Below are positions 1 to 13,172 of a DNA stretch of 64,000 nt, piece by piece (the first letter of the stretch is position 1; each line of letters opens with the position of its first letter). Both the position numbers and the translations under genes were made by a program. Below the pieces are notes generated by a model that was given only the letters and a program-made list of their open reading frames with translations, was not told the origin of the DNA and searched no databases. Source of the DNA: Marsupella aquatica (lineage: Eukaryota > Plantae > Marchantiophyta); the NCBI GenBank assembly GCA_973895155.1, contig OZ316892.1:23693971-23757970 (forward strand), in the 5' to 3' direction.

Positions 1-325
1 AAAGATCAAAGAGACGGCCAAAGAAAATAAGATAAACACAGGAGAGGCCACAACAATAAAAGTTGGAAAGGGACAAATGCAAAATAAACCTTAGATCAGT
101 ACAAACAATTTGTAGCATTAGGGAATAGAAAACAAAACCAAAGTTGAGAAGTCTTCATTGAGGAGAGTGAAAAAAGATCAAAGAGAGAGCCAAAGAATAT
201 AAGATAAACACAGGAGGGGCCACAACATAAAAGTTGGGAATGGACAAATGCAACTTAAACCTTAGATGAGTGGAGACAATTTGTAGCTTTAAGGAACAGA
301 AAACAAAGCCAAAGTTTAGAAGACT
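1..325. repeat. Diverged direct duplication, period about 172 bp, followed by a C-rich tract (about 350-410)
   Basis: AAAGATCAAAGAGA..CCAAAGAA.ATAAGATAAACACAGGAG.GGCCACAACA..AAAAGTTGG occurs at 1 and again at about 173. The array probably continues upstream of the window. Confidence 0.75.
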
Positions 326-3300
326 TTGAGCAGCCAAGATATGCAAGGGCCCCCCCCCTCCCTCTCCCCCCCCCCCACCCACCCCACCCCCACCGGCCCC
401 CACCGCCCCCAACAACACACAAAAAAAACCAAAAAAACTAGTCCCAAAATCAATCCCTCCCACTCCAGCCCATACAAAACCCTCTCACAACACACTGACT
501 ACACCCAGCTACTCCTCTTTCAGCAATAAAACAAAACAAAACCTGCCCCTCAAATTGTTTGAAGTATAAACATTGTCTTGCATGTCATTGTGATGATCAA
601 TTGTTGATATGTTTGATCTCAAAGTTTTCAAAAAACTCTGAAGTCATCCTGTTTTTGGTAAAAAGTTAAGTGGGAGGATGCAATTTTCACAACCAGACAG
701 TTTACATACAAATTCTCTGTGGCAATTTTTTTCTATGGCATTTTGTCATAACAGCTTTTAAATACATTGCCACTAAAGATGTTCTAATTTACAATACTAT
801 CATTGTTTTTGTTGTATTTGCAAATATGCCACAGTTTTCGTATATTCCCACCCTGGTTACTATGTTATCATCTTTATACAAAATCATGGCCTATTTGTAA
901 ATACCAAAAAACTGGCAATATTATCAATTTGAACACCTTTAGTGGCAAAGTAGTTAAAAGTTGTTTGTTATGATTACCCCTTGCCCTTGCCCAAGTTACC
1001 CAACTTTAAGGAAATATCTTCACAGCTTAAAAATCTACACACATGCCCTCCCAATTTTTTGCTGGGTGACTCAGTTTATTATCTTTTGTTTCTCACTTAT
1101 CCTTGCTCTGTACTCACTCCCAGCAGAATAGAAATGGATGACCTTTTGGTGGATTGTTGTGCCGAGAAATTAGCTTGGTGGGACCCATTGACAAAAACTA
1201 GCTTGGTGAGCAAATTTATGTACTACATTCTGAGTTGGTGGATGACAAGTTCGTGTGCAGAGAAGCCCTCTTCCAACGTGTTTATTGCAGCATTTTGGGA
1301 GACTATGCAGTACCCTGCCACCCTACACCAGACAAGGACCTTGCAACCACTGAAAGTATTGCAAACGTTTGTCTTAACAACCTGGGTTTTGCAGGGCTGG
1401 GACCCATCAAGCAAATTACTCTGTTTGTGCACCATTCTTGTGGCAGGGTGATGTGCTTGAAGAATATATTAGTGTGCAAAGGGGAACACTAGACGGCAAC
1501 AAACGGATTGTAGATGGCTCTAAACGGATCCTAGAAGCAGGCTGTAAGGAGATAGCAGATTGCCCTAAAAGGATTGTGGATGGAATACGCACAAGACATG
1601 GAACATGAACTTGGAGGCATCCCCAGTGGAGGTCAAATGCAAGAATAAACACCAAGCTGACTGATATAACTTCTAGACCAGATAGGGTCGAGACGAGCCT
1701 CTCCTCCGTGGAGAAGTAACTAGTCAAGGTGTAGAATAGTCTCTGCTCAGTCACGGCAGCAGTAAGAGCAGCAGTAAGAGCAGCTGATAAAACAGTAGGG
1801 CCAGAATACAGAATTCTAAAATGTTCAGCAAACATTTTAATTAGAAAAGTTGTAAGCCATGGCTGGGAATAATGTCAATACCGCAACAGCAGGATTTCCA
1901 GCTACACTTGGGGACACTGCTAACTTGTCAGAGAACATATCCATAAACAACTTACATGCATTAGATGTACCGTGCACTCCAGAAATGGGTGAAACTGCCA
2001 AAACCATAGTTAGAAAGGCCACTAGTCATCAGGAGTTTTCAAGAAAGTAATTGCGGCGGGGAACATAGTGCCAAGGAATCATGGACCCAAGTGTTAAGTA
2101 CACAATTGAGCCCCGGTCAGCCACGTCCTTTCAGGAGGTAGGCAAACCTTGTGATGGTTTTTCGTATGCTCGCTTTGACTGGTTGTAGCTTGTGGGTGCT
2201 TTTTCGCAAAATCGATCGTGAGGTTGGCAGCTACACTCTGGATAGATACTTGGTAATTTCCCAGTAACCATAATCTTGGCCAGAATATGACTGTCGTTGC
2301 TTCGCAAAGTTGATGTGACTGTCGTCTGTAGTGGGTGACGTAAATAGCAGCCTCTGTTCTGTGGTCGCGTGAGGTGAATTTTGTGTGAAGATCAGGCCTG
2401 TGTTGCATTCGTTTTTGTTTGTCATAGATTGACTTCTCTATGTTGACGAGGGGCAGTTCAGTTTCGTCCTCCAGGGCGTGATGAGATCCTATGAATTCTT
2501 GATTCATATGAGTTCATTACTATTGACATGTCTTCTACCTTCTGAGGCTTCTCTGGAATATTATTATGTGTCTTATGTTTCGTTTTCCTTCGATATATAT
2601 GATCGTTGTGCCAGGAGCCTGGTGGACTCTGTTTAGTGGGTTTTCATTCAATTGACAAGACCATCGTAGGGCCAGACACGATTTTAATCAGTTTCAGGGT
2701 TTCTGGAAGTCTTGGTTTTCGTATGTTGTCTTCTTCTACTAGTATGTACTGAGCTAGAAAGCTGTAGTGCAGCATGCTTCTTTCCCGGTACTCAAGTATA
2801 TCTATATGGTGGACGAAATCCAGTTTGGGCCATTTCTCTTGTCACGAATACCTCCCACGTCCATAGCGCCTGGACATCGTCGACCGACTGCACTGAAATG
2901 AAATCGCGTGAAGCGATTGAGCATGCCAACAACCAGCTACAATCCAAGTTCATTGGAGTCTACAACAAGCCTAGGCCCTGGGAAGTCTGCCTGCCACGGT
3001 GTGTGTAGAGTTGGCGTACGGTTTAGGCTATAAAGTGAGTGGATGCAATATTCCTCACCAAAAATTCTTCATAGCACATGCATATCCTGTCCTAGCATAC
3101 GTTACCTTGGGGGTTTCCCAGTTTTCCCTACATAGAATCTACAAGATCAGCTACTTTTGACCAGCTGTGCTTCATTCGATTATTTTTCTACGTGATCGTC
3201 GGTTCTGCATGTCTTTCGAACTGACGATGACATGAACAGGCTGCTGGGTGATATTGAGTCTTGACGGGGGAAGGAAGTGGTCCACTGGTGCTGAAAGCAC

Positions 3301-5638
3301 ATGATATCACGAACGCGCATCGGCTTGGACAGGGTACTCCCAGCCTAGAAAAGTTGAAATCTTTTGAAGTCTGTGGGACTGGCATGTATCCAAATTAGGT
3401 GGATCATACAATTTGATTCAGGAATGACAGGGAGACTTCTTAAATCTACTTAAGGTTAGCGATCATCTGTAAAAGTGCGACCTACAATGCTGTACTGTAT
3501 GCCTCTTAAATACCCCCCATTACAGGTAGGCCACAGAGTGTAGCACGCGTGAGAATGACTAGGGACCCTTGCGAGAAGAATGTGACAATAGCACTCAAAA
3601 GTATCGTGGATTGAAGACGTTCATAAACTCTTTCGTTCTGTGCTCGACATTGTGCATTTTCCTGCACTTTACCCACAGCGTCAATGGGAAGCCATCACGG
3701 TAAATAACAACAAATCCCCTCCCCCGCCATTGGAGAGTTTTCTTCACCTACAGGATAAGAGGAGTCGCACCCTCCTGTTATCTTCACCTATCGTTGATGA
3801 GTGCGGTCCATGAACGAAAGAATCAAGCTACAGAAGCCTATGAATCATGCAAAAGTTGATGGTCGTGTCGCTAGAGTAATCTAAAGCTAGAGATCCCGGC
3901 TTCACTTTTACATCTTATCTGAAACACTTGGAGATGAGAATTTGAGCTCTAGTGGATGATAACTACAAATGACACCCAGCTGTGTTTGATTGCGATGGTA
4001 CAGGTCGCCCAATGATTGACACCAGTAGGAGGAAACTCAACTTAAGCCAACAGACTTAGGAAAATAAAATTTGTAGCCCCTACGCAGTATGACTCAAGTT
4101 TTGCTGAAAGGAACTTCCGGATTGTTATTGGAAGGTTAACCTTGAATTCATGAAAGGAAAGTAAGCATTCTTCTAAATTGAACTGTTGATCCTTGGTTGT
4201 TAAAATGGGGACCCACATAAATAACTTTAGAGGGACATACCTTGTGCCCGCAAAAGTTACAATCAGACTGGTGAATTTATCAATTGCATGGTGATAACTG
4301 TGTGGCGGTTGATCTAGAACACGCGCTAAATCTCGATAATAGATGGTGAGGCCTCCATGGAAGTAATAGCGCACACCAGGATTTACAAGAAACAAATATG
4401 AGAGAAGATAGGCTGACAATGGAATAAATCCTCGTTTCTACGAGGCTCTACTACTTCTACATTCGTGGGGAGTGCCGTCGAATAAGCCTGTCAGACAGGA
4501 TTCTAATTAAGACAAGATGGAGCCACATTGGATCTCTAGATGCACCAGCAAAAAAAAACGAAATGGACTAGTGGCCAAGGGTGTTCGTTGTTCTGGAGCA
4601 TAGAGCTAACCGGCTCAAGTAAATAACACCAGATGAGAAAAACCATGAATCAATTCTTGTTAAAGATACAAACCTCAGAACTAGTTTACACTCTCTAGGT
4701 AACTGCTCCACCCAGGTGAAGAATAATTAATATGCCTTCAACCGAACTCTGTTTCTCTGTCCTAAATAGGAGAAGGTTGAAATCGTGTCCAATGAATGAT
4801 GGTTCGACTAACACTGGGCTAATTCCCTATCTGGTACTGAATTATCATAGCTGCTAGCCTAAGAAGGGTTATCGAAAGGAAGAACCTCAGATCGAGAGTC
4901 TGAACCGGATATCCTTCATAATCGGACATTAGCTGTATGTATCGCAACTGCTAATTGTACATTTTACCAGCTTAGCTCAACGACTGACTAAATTCGGACC
5001 ATATGTACAAAGAATCAGGATCACGTCACTGCTGCTAAATGCCTGAGCTAGACATGTATGCACGTCTGCAGCCGAATCCAGAAAATAAGCAGGAAGTAGA
5101 CAGTGGTGCAATGGCACTGCTGGGAGTTGGTAAGAAATGTGACCTTCACATCCCAGCAGTATCACTGTGACCTCACCACTCCAGCTCCAGCTATATGCCT
5201 TTCTTGTCAACACACACAATCACACTTCCTCATCTTACAGGCCGATGCGGTCTCCCATCCAAGCAACAGAGAAGCTGCGGCAAGAACTCTCTGACCACCC
5301 ACTGTTACTCAACCTCCTACTACCACCACTACACCCGCAAGGTCTACCGAACTTGAGATGGACATACTTAAAATTCATGTATGACATCACTTTAGATTAG
5401 ACTTTCGTTGACCCATCTGGCCTTCAAAAGGACTAGATTGACACATAAGGACTATCTTTTGCCTTGGGGAAGACTTCCACATTGAATCTATGATCTGTTC
5501 ACCGTCATGCACACCCTCACCTCCAAGAGTGACAAGTAGTGTCTCCCCTCACCGCTCAAACCAGTTGTTGCAGAGCACACTTTCTCCCCATTACACTCAA
5601 TATGAATCATCCACATGTTACATCGTGGTTGCCTGTTA

Positions 5639-6682
5639 TTACACAGAATTATAGTCACAGCTCCACTTGTGTGCAATGCTCACGCAGCTGAGATAATGGC
5701 ACCAGTGGCATTTCTTCCGAGCATCAACGCCAGTGAAGAGGACGGCAGCGGCAGCCGCGTAGGCAACAACAACCAGAAATAATGCAACGACCCACATGAC
5801 CTTTTGCCCGCGGGTGTATTTCTTCTTCACGGGCATATCGTCATCTCTGTATCCAGCCGGCAGATTACCCAGATTCACCCACCCATACTGAGGTTTCACC
5901 AAAAGAACGAATCCCAGCAAGAATCCGGAAACGAAGCCACCAATATGAGCGAAGTTGTCCACATAAGGCATTAATCCAAATGCCAGATTGATGACAATGA
6001 CCACGATCAGTGTGGTGAGTGCTAAGCATCTGTTGGCGTAGATCGTCCAGTTGGTGAGCAGCTCGGACACAGTGGCACCTAGAAGACCAAACAATGCACC
6101 GGATGCCCCTACTGAGATCTGGTTTTCTGGAAGGAAGAGAGCAGACAGCAACGAACCGCCAAACCCGGCCAAAAGGTACACAATGCCAACTCTAATGAAG
6201 CCAAACTCCTGCTCTAGTCTGATGCCGATGAGGAGGAGGCCGAGCATGTTGGCTATCAAGTGAAACACCCCTGCGTGCAACCATATGCAAGAGACCAGAC
6301 GCCATGCTTCTCCATGGATCACCAGATAAGGTCGAAGGCCCCCCAATTTCTGCAGAGTCCTGGCAGATGGGCCGAGCATCGGGTTCTCGTTCCATGGCTC
6401 GAAGCCAAACCGTTTGAAGACGTGGGGCATGCACTTGCGTTTGGGCACCTCTTTGGGGCAGTTGTTGTAGTACATCACCACAATGAGCATTGCAATGTTG
6501 GATATCACAATTATGGGGATGAGGAACACAAATCTCCTCCGGTCTCTCTCGGTGGTAGGAACTGTGGCTGGTGGAGGTTGTGCCGGCCCAACCGGATATC
6601 CAAACCCTTTGTTGCTCAGAGTCCTCGCCCGGATGGATCCTGGGTTCTCCTCATCCGAATCATCATACCTTGCTGAGCCCAT
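5639..6682 (-). CDS. Rhomboid-like intramembrane serine protease (plant RBL1-7 type), single exon, 347 aa
   Basis: WR motif (GEAWRLVSCIWLHAGVFHLIANM), catalytic GASG Ser, catalytic His in AHIGG, plant RBL signatures ENPMLGPS and CHWCHYLSCV, and several hydrophobic helices. The ORF is uninterrupted from ATG to stop. Confidence 0.96.
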   Translation of the reverse strand: MGSARYDDSDEENPGSIRARTLSNKGFGYPVGPAQPPPATVPTTERDRRRFVFLIPIIVISNIAMLIVVMYYNNCPKEVPKRKCMPHVFKRFGFEPWNENPMLGPSARTLQKLGGLRPYLVIHGEAWRLVSCIWLHAGVFHLIANMLGLLLIGIRLEQEFGFIRVGIVYLLAGFGGSLLSALFLPENQISVGASGALFGLLGATVSELLTNWTIYANRCLALTTLIVVIVINLAFGLMPYVDNFAHIGGFVSGFLLGFVLLVKPQYGWVNLGNLPAGYRDDDMPVKKKYTRGQKVMWVVALFLVVVAYAAAAAVLFTGVDARKKCHWCHYLSCVSIAHKWSCDYNSV

Positions 6683-9600
6683 CGTCTGTCTTCTTCACCA
6701 CAATGCAAATACCTTTTGCAGCTCTTCCCGATTCACAACCGAGTCACTCCCCACTTCTCCAACAAATGCAAACTAGAGCCGCTCTCCTAAGCTTCCAAAG
6801 TCTCCAATGAGGCGAATCTGTCACAGCATTGCGACACCCCTGAGTTTCTCCGTCCGTCACACCCAAGGATTGGACAAATCTTTCCTATGGACACAGGGTA
6901 GGGGAACGAAAATGCCCCCAAACCGCCACAACTCCAATCCAATCAATGCGCTCCGATCATGAGCCAAATCGGACAGCTTCGTACAGGAACCCTGCCCCTC
7001 CGCCTAGCCAGACACACGACGACCAAGCATAGACACGCCAACTCGTTGGAAATCTTCACTCGTAGCTCTCTTAGGGTCAAGTCAATCCATCGCCGTCCCC
7101 CTTCCTCCCTCAAGCCGGCAGGGCAGTCAGACGCACTCCCTCTCCTCACAGACAGCGTGATAGCCCACGAGGACAATCAATGAGTTGTGCGTGTGTTACA
7201 TTACACGTTACGTTGAATGCAATGACTGCCCTGATGCGTTGAAACTCCTGTTCCTTCCCTTCCTTTCTTCCCTCCCCTTGACCCCTTCCCTAGTTCCCTT
7301 GCTGTGCATCGCCTTTTGACCAGCTTGGAAGGGGTACAGGACATACGACTTCAGAAGACTACAGGCAGCTGCTGTGGGGCCCCACTTTATTATTCATCGA
7401 AGAGAGCTCAGTCATCCTGTCATCAATCGGCTCTGAGCCTACTACCGGTACCGCTCCCTGTGCTGCTCCAAGATGGCAAGACCGGTGGTGGTGGCCCTCT
7501 CGCTGCCGAGTGCTCACTCTTTCACAGCTCAGCTGGGCTTATGATTCCCTGCTCAGGTGTTTCCCGTGTCCCGGAGAAGGGAAACAGTCAGACCCAAGCT
7601 CAAAAAAAGCTGGCGGACAAAAAAGCGTGCTCAGCTGATCTTCGCTGAGCCAATCTCTGCTGGTTAACTGGTGGAGGATCGATTGTGAGGCTCCAGAATG
7701 GGTGAGAGAGAGGAGCTGGACGACAGCCCAGCAGACCATTACCACACTCCACTGGTGCTCCACTGCTCGACCGACGATGGAGAGAAGACAGTGAGGACAG
7801 ATTATTGACGAGCGCAGCTCCAATAATGAATCAACGCTGGACGAGGAGGGCCTACAGACATCACTGATTGATGAGAGAAGTGAGCAACGAGCACCCCACT
7901 CACTCGCCCAGCTCGCCAAAAAGTTTCTGTCTCATCAATCCGGGCCAAAAAAGAGGCCCATGTCGATCAGAATCGATCGATTCTCTGCTCCCTGCCAGCA
8001 TGATTGTGCGGCTGTACTCGCAAATGGATCGACGTATTACTTTTCATGCGCTTTTTCACGCGGAGAAAGAGAGATTGCCGCAGGGCAAGAGTACAGAATG
8101 ATAATCAACGCGTTTAAACACATTTCTTTCTCCCGAAGAGAGTTCTTTCGTCGCGAAGCTTGCCTCTTTTTAGTAGTAGTCAATCCTCGCTTGCTTTCCG
8201 GGCAAACTATCTTCGGATGAAATCCGCGCTCGCGCTGTCGAGTTGTACTTTTCAAGTAACCGAGCTGCCCCAGTTTTATTTACTCCCTGCCCGCCCCAGT
8301 TTTATATTTACTCCGTAAGCAATTACCCCCTGCCCGAATGTTACGACGTCCAGTTTCGCCCTGCCCAGCCAACCATGATGATCCTTTTCGCCCTGCCCGA
8401 TCAATGATGACGTTTTTTTAGGCTCCACCAAACCAATCACGATTCCTTGTCAACTGCCCAATTTAGTGCCTTACTACTGTAGCTGAGTCAATTCCTTATT
8501 TTTATTTCTTTACCCCAAAGTGATATTCTTTCTTTTAGGCTTACATTAAATTATTTTGGTTTTTTTTCATTTATTTACTTCGTAACAAATGTATTGATTT
8601 CAATATAAATTGTTTTTTTTTCAATTCTTGAGCATAATTATAGAAAGTATGTCAAATGGTGCTTCTCAATAGGAAAGGCAACAACCAAGGTAATATATTA
8701 TGGTCATGGAAGTGAATGTTGAATTATGACGTTTTCTTTCATGACGATCCAATCATTATTTATTTCATGCATATGTAATCGACACAATCTCTACGTGATT
8801 CACCTCTTCTCCAAGGCTACGTCCACACAAACGCTCAAGTTTTACATCAAGGGTAAACGAACACACATGAGATGTATTATTAACATTTTGCTTTCAAGGT
8901 TTTATCATAAACTAACTAATGTATACTAGATTGATTCTTATTATAATTTTTGTGATAAAATTTGATGCTCCATAAATTGTCTTATTAAACCCCTAATTGA
9001 TCCCACATTATTTTCTTTATGTGAGAATATAATGTCTTTTTATACTTCAAATCTGTTTAGAAACTTCATAATGCAATTGAGGGTGTCAATATTCATGATT
9101 TTTCCTTGATCAAGCATGTTTTATCGGTATTACATGGATTTATGTATTGAATAACTTGATATATATCAGATATGCTAAAGACACTCCCTCGATCTATCTC
9201 TATAAAGCATTTTTCATGCAAAATGTGTGAATAGCATCTTTACCTAACTTGGCCTTGATTGGGTGTTATTCTTGACTACTTATATGATCTCTCTGGTCTA
9301 GTAAGGGTATGGCAAATCTTGGGCCGTATTAAGATTAGGAGTAAGTTTTTTTTATCAAAAACACGTGTACAAAACAACTAGTTATAAAATATATTATGAC
9401 AGTGATACATATATGTTATCTCCATTCCTACATAAGATATGTAGTGTATTAATATATATGGGGTATTTACAAACGACAGGAAATAGCAAACAATAACAGA
9501 AAATAGAAACTGGTAATAGGGAAATGAGCGATAATTTCTTTTGAATTTCTTTTGAATTATTTTTTTTGCCAAAAAAATTCTATTGCCAAAAATATTTTTT

Positions 9601-10639
9601 TGCTTGCGCCCGACGCTGGTAATGCTAGTGCTCAAAGCTAACCAAAAAATGTTGTCGGCAATTTTATTTTTGAAAAATGTGATTTTTTAGAAAATATTTT
9701 TACATTATCATTTTTCTGGTACCAATAAACCTGTTTCTTGTTTATTGTTTATTGTCACGCATATCATACCCGTATATACTAGATATACTCCTCATTTGAC
9801 TCCTACATACATGTAAGCAACCATGAACCCAAGTGTTAGTGTTGAAAATGATCTACAAGGGAGTGATTATAACCATGTTGCATCAAAGGTTAGAAATATG
9901 GTTTTCAATTGTGCATATACTTACCGACCCCAACTCGTCCTGCATGTGAAGTTTCAGAGCCCGCGTTCCAAATTTCTTAGCCAACTCTCTCTCAGGTGGC
10001 AAGATTGGGCGTCCATGCTCTCGCTCCTGCACCATACTCAAGATAATAATTAACCCCCCTCCCCGGCAAATGAGAATAAAATTGAAACCTCCCATTACTT
10101 GAAATACATTATTTTAAAAGTTAATCCCTACCAAATCCCCCACATTACTTAATGAATAATAATCCCTACCTAGCCTCACACATTACTTAGAAAAATTCCC
10201 TAACACCCCCACATCCCTTTCAACTCATGGGTATCACTACCCACTCTACCTATATAAAATACTCCCTTATTATCGTGGCCTAACTATCGCAAAAAGCAAC
10301 GACAACCTAAGCCCGGCACTCCTTAAAAAAAACAAACCCCCCGGCGTGGCCTAAAACAGTCAAATATTCAAAATTTTGAATTTTTCCGATGCTTCCCTAA
10401 TCGGACCCCTCCACCCTAAACCCCAAAACCTAAGGTCCGATGCAGGGTCCGATTCTCAGGTAATCGGACCATAATCGGAAGCCTTGCGTCCAAAACCCAT
10501 AAGAGAGAGTCCCACTCCATTTCCGACTCTTCAGCAATCGGAATAGAATCGGAAATAGAAAAAAATAAGGACACATCAAAACTTGCGATACAGGCTCGAT
10601 AACAAATGCACAGGGATAAGAGGGGAGGTCTGGGAGGAC

Positions 10640-11837
10640 TTATGCAGGCATAGCCAAGGTTGTGCCTGAGGTGATCAGGGAGAGGGAGGACCCAATTTCA
10701 AGGTGAAAATTCAGCAAGGAGGCAAGCAAGGAGGAGGGGAGCATAGGACTTACAAACTCTGCTTTGAGAGGATGCGCTCCACCCTGCCCCATTCGGTGAG
10801 TAACTGCAGGTCTCTTCTCCACCCTCTCAATTGCATTTTGAATGTAAAGTGGAGGGTCTCCAAGCAGTGCTAATTTGGCCTCCCATTCCATTAAGTTTTG
10901 CTGCAGGAGGGGGATGTCAACAGTCTGTCCTGAAAGGACCCTCTTCTCTGCCTCATCGAGCTCAGCCTGCCAGTGACGTCTCGCTTGCCAAGCACGAACC
11001 TGTAGCTCAGCATCAATCCAAGCAGACCAGGCATCAGCTGGTATCTCATCCGGGGGATCTCTCTGCCTGATCACCTCTGCCTCCTCCTTACAATCTGCCA
11101 GGTACTTCCTCATCTTTTCTCTCACATTATTACATCTATCTGCAAGTGAACGTGAGATCTTCTTATTCAGCCATCGATCATCCAGGAAGCAGCCATTACA
11201 GAATCGCTCCTTCACTTGCTCCCTTGCTTGAAATTTATCCTCTTCTTTCTTCTTCCCCCAGTAGTCTAAGGGGCTGAAATTTGCCCTCAACACCTGCCCT
11301 AGCTGACTTCTGAACAAATTGTAGCTCTTTGTCATCGGAGCTCCTCCCTTATTAATGAACAATTTTGGCCGTTTGGCCCTTTCCTCTGCTCGTAGCCTCT
11401 CTTCCTCAATCCTTGCCCTCTCTGCAGCTCGAGCCTCCTTTCTAAGCCTCTTCTCTCTTTCTTGTGGTGAGAGGGCCTCCACTGGCCTGCCTTTCCTCCT
11501 TCCTCTTTCTTTTTTTCTCCTTTCCTTTCTCTAGCCTCTCCATGAAAGCCTTCTCTGCTTCACTTATGGCAGATTGCCTGGATTCGTCAATCAGGCCCTG
11601 GGTCAATTGAGCTGCTATGGCCGCAGCTTCAGCAGACAGGCCTGCTTGCCTCTTGAAAATCTCTGCCATAATGTCCGAGATCTGCTGTGACGGCCCTGCT
11701 CCATCTCCACCCACCCTGGCTGCTCCGTCTCCTCCCCCCCCAGCCGTGCCATTCCCCTCCATAGCCTCGACCTCCAATGCGTGCTCCTCCACTTTGTGTT
11801 CACTCAGCAGCTCCTCCCAAGTTGCATCCGAAACCAA
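10640..11837 (-). pseudogene. TnpA-like (Ptta/En/Spm, Transposase_24-like) accessory protein of the CACTA element, one frameshift
   Basis: Two overlapping ORFs (11442-11837 and 10640-11482) are joined by a frameshift in an A/G-rich tract near 11490. Features include charged coiled coils, PPDEIPADAWSAW and VTHRMGQGG (resembling the H-x-x-G-x-x-G motif of TnpA-like proteins). A splice donor GTAAGT lies at about 10753. The family assignment is by motif resemblance only. Confidence 0.55.
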
Positions 11838-12815
11838 GCCCGATACAAAGACATTCGTACTTTAGTCGGGAAAAGTACCAAACCCTATTGTGCCCTCCAT
11901 CCGATTTTTTAAGAATCGGAACATCCGATACTTGAACTATCGAAAACGGGATCGGAAATAGCGATGCTTAAAGTATCGGACCCCTCTTCCAATATGATCG
12001 GACTTAGCTTGTCCATTATTTTTTATGCCTTTAAGGATGGATTTATAATAAGTTAGTCGATGGGGGGGGGCTGGGGATGTGGTAAGGAAATGTAAGTTTA
12101 GTTGATGTGAAAACCTGCATTGTAATTGTAGGCCTGGTTGAGTAGCCGGATTTTGTTTGGGCGGTGGGGTTCTTGAATAAAAGCCGGTTATAGGTGCGGT
12201 AACGTCCCCCTTACAACAACATACTTTTGGGGTTGAACGGTATGATCATTGACCCACTCACATTAAAAGTTTTGACAAATTTGTCCACCTTGTATGTGGA
12301 TTTAATTTTGGGGGCCAAACAAAGTTAACCTCATGTGCGTGTATTGTGCAGTATTTTTTTGCGGAGGGTTGGGTCGTTCTCTTTGTTTGTATTTTTGTAG
12401 GTCCATTTTTGCAATGCATTATGCATCGCGATAGGCCATGCATCCGAAAGGTATGATATACTCCCTTTATCATTTGGAGGTGAGCACTTTAAGTATATAT
12501 TTGGCTAAAGTTTTTTCATTGATGGCCACAATATATAGTGGATATGATTCTATGGGGACATATGTATAGATAAATTCTGATGGTATTCCTTTAATTGTGC
12601 AGACATTTCGGATATTGTCTTAGCATATATTCTAAGGCCAAGATCCTAGTAGGCATTGTTCAGTGCGGATATCATTTAGGTAAGATGCACAGTCATTATT
12701 TTTAATTATTCGCTTAGTGTAAACTAGGTTCCAATCTTGACATATTGTATTTAGGGTACTTAATATGAGTGGGAAAGATTTTTGACATGTGATTAATTTT
12801 CACATTGATGGGCAG

Positions 12816-13054
12816 ATGTCAAATTCTGGGAGTTCCGAGTCAGATTCTGACTCGGACTCGTCATCTTCTGAGGGGGACATTCCTCCCCCCCCCCCCCTCG
12901 GAGGCCGCATCATCCTCCTCCTCCTCTAGGCCCCATTCCATGTTGGTGTGTGCGATGTAAGGGAATGGTGGTTCGTCAAGCTTGGGAGTGTATTGAGCAT
13001 ATTGAGAATTATGGGCAACACCAACCTGATTTACCAGAACATTCAGCTCACCAG
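12816..13054 (+). CDS. First coding exon of the CACTA gene: acidic/Ser-rich leader plus transposase-associated Cys/His domain; frameshift in a C13 run
   Basis: ATG at 12816 reads MSNSGSSESDSDSDSSSSEGDIPPPP. Adding one C to the homopolymer continues RRPHHPPPPLGPIPCWCVRCKGMVVRQAWECIEHIENYGQHQPDLPEHSAHQ, which fits the CxCxxC...H...G pattern of the EnSpm transposase-associated domain. The exon ends at a phase-0 donor CAG|GTATGC (13054/13055). Confidence 0.7.
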
Positions 13055-13172
13055 GTATGCACCCCATACTCTCATCCCATACATTTCAATGAAGGAAACA
13101 TAATTTGCCACTTACAATCATGACCACTATCATCATATATTTATTAATTTTGGATTTTTTTTGAATGAATAG

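Noticed and set aside
981-1835. Several 70-156 aa ORFs
   Set aside because: No recognisable motifs or splice-supported structure.
1800-5400. Possible highly decayed LINE (RYLG-like motif near 3100, zf-RVT-like trace near 3620)
   Set aside because: Only isolated short motifs were seen, with no continuous RT or endonuclease alignment by eye. It needs a TBLASTX or HMM search.
10235-10240. CACTAC as the left TIR of the large CACTA element
   Set aside because: It does not match the right TIR beyond 5 bp, and the flanking triplets (TAT versus AGT) are not a TSD.
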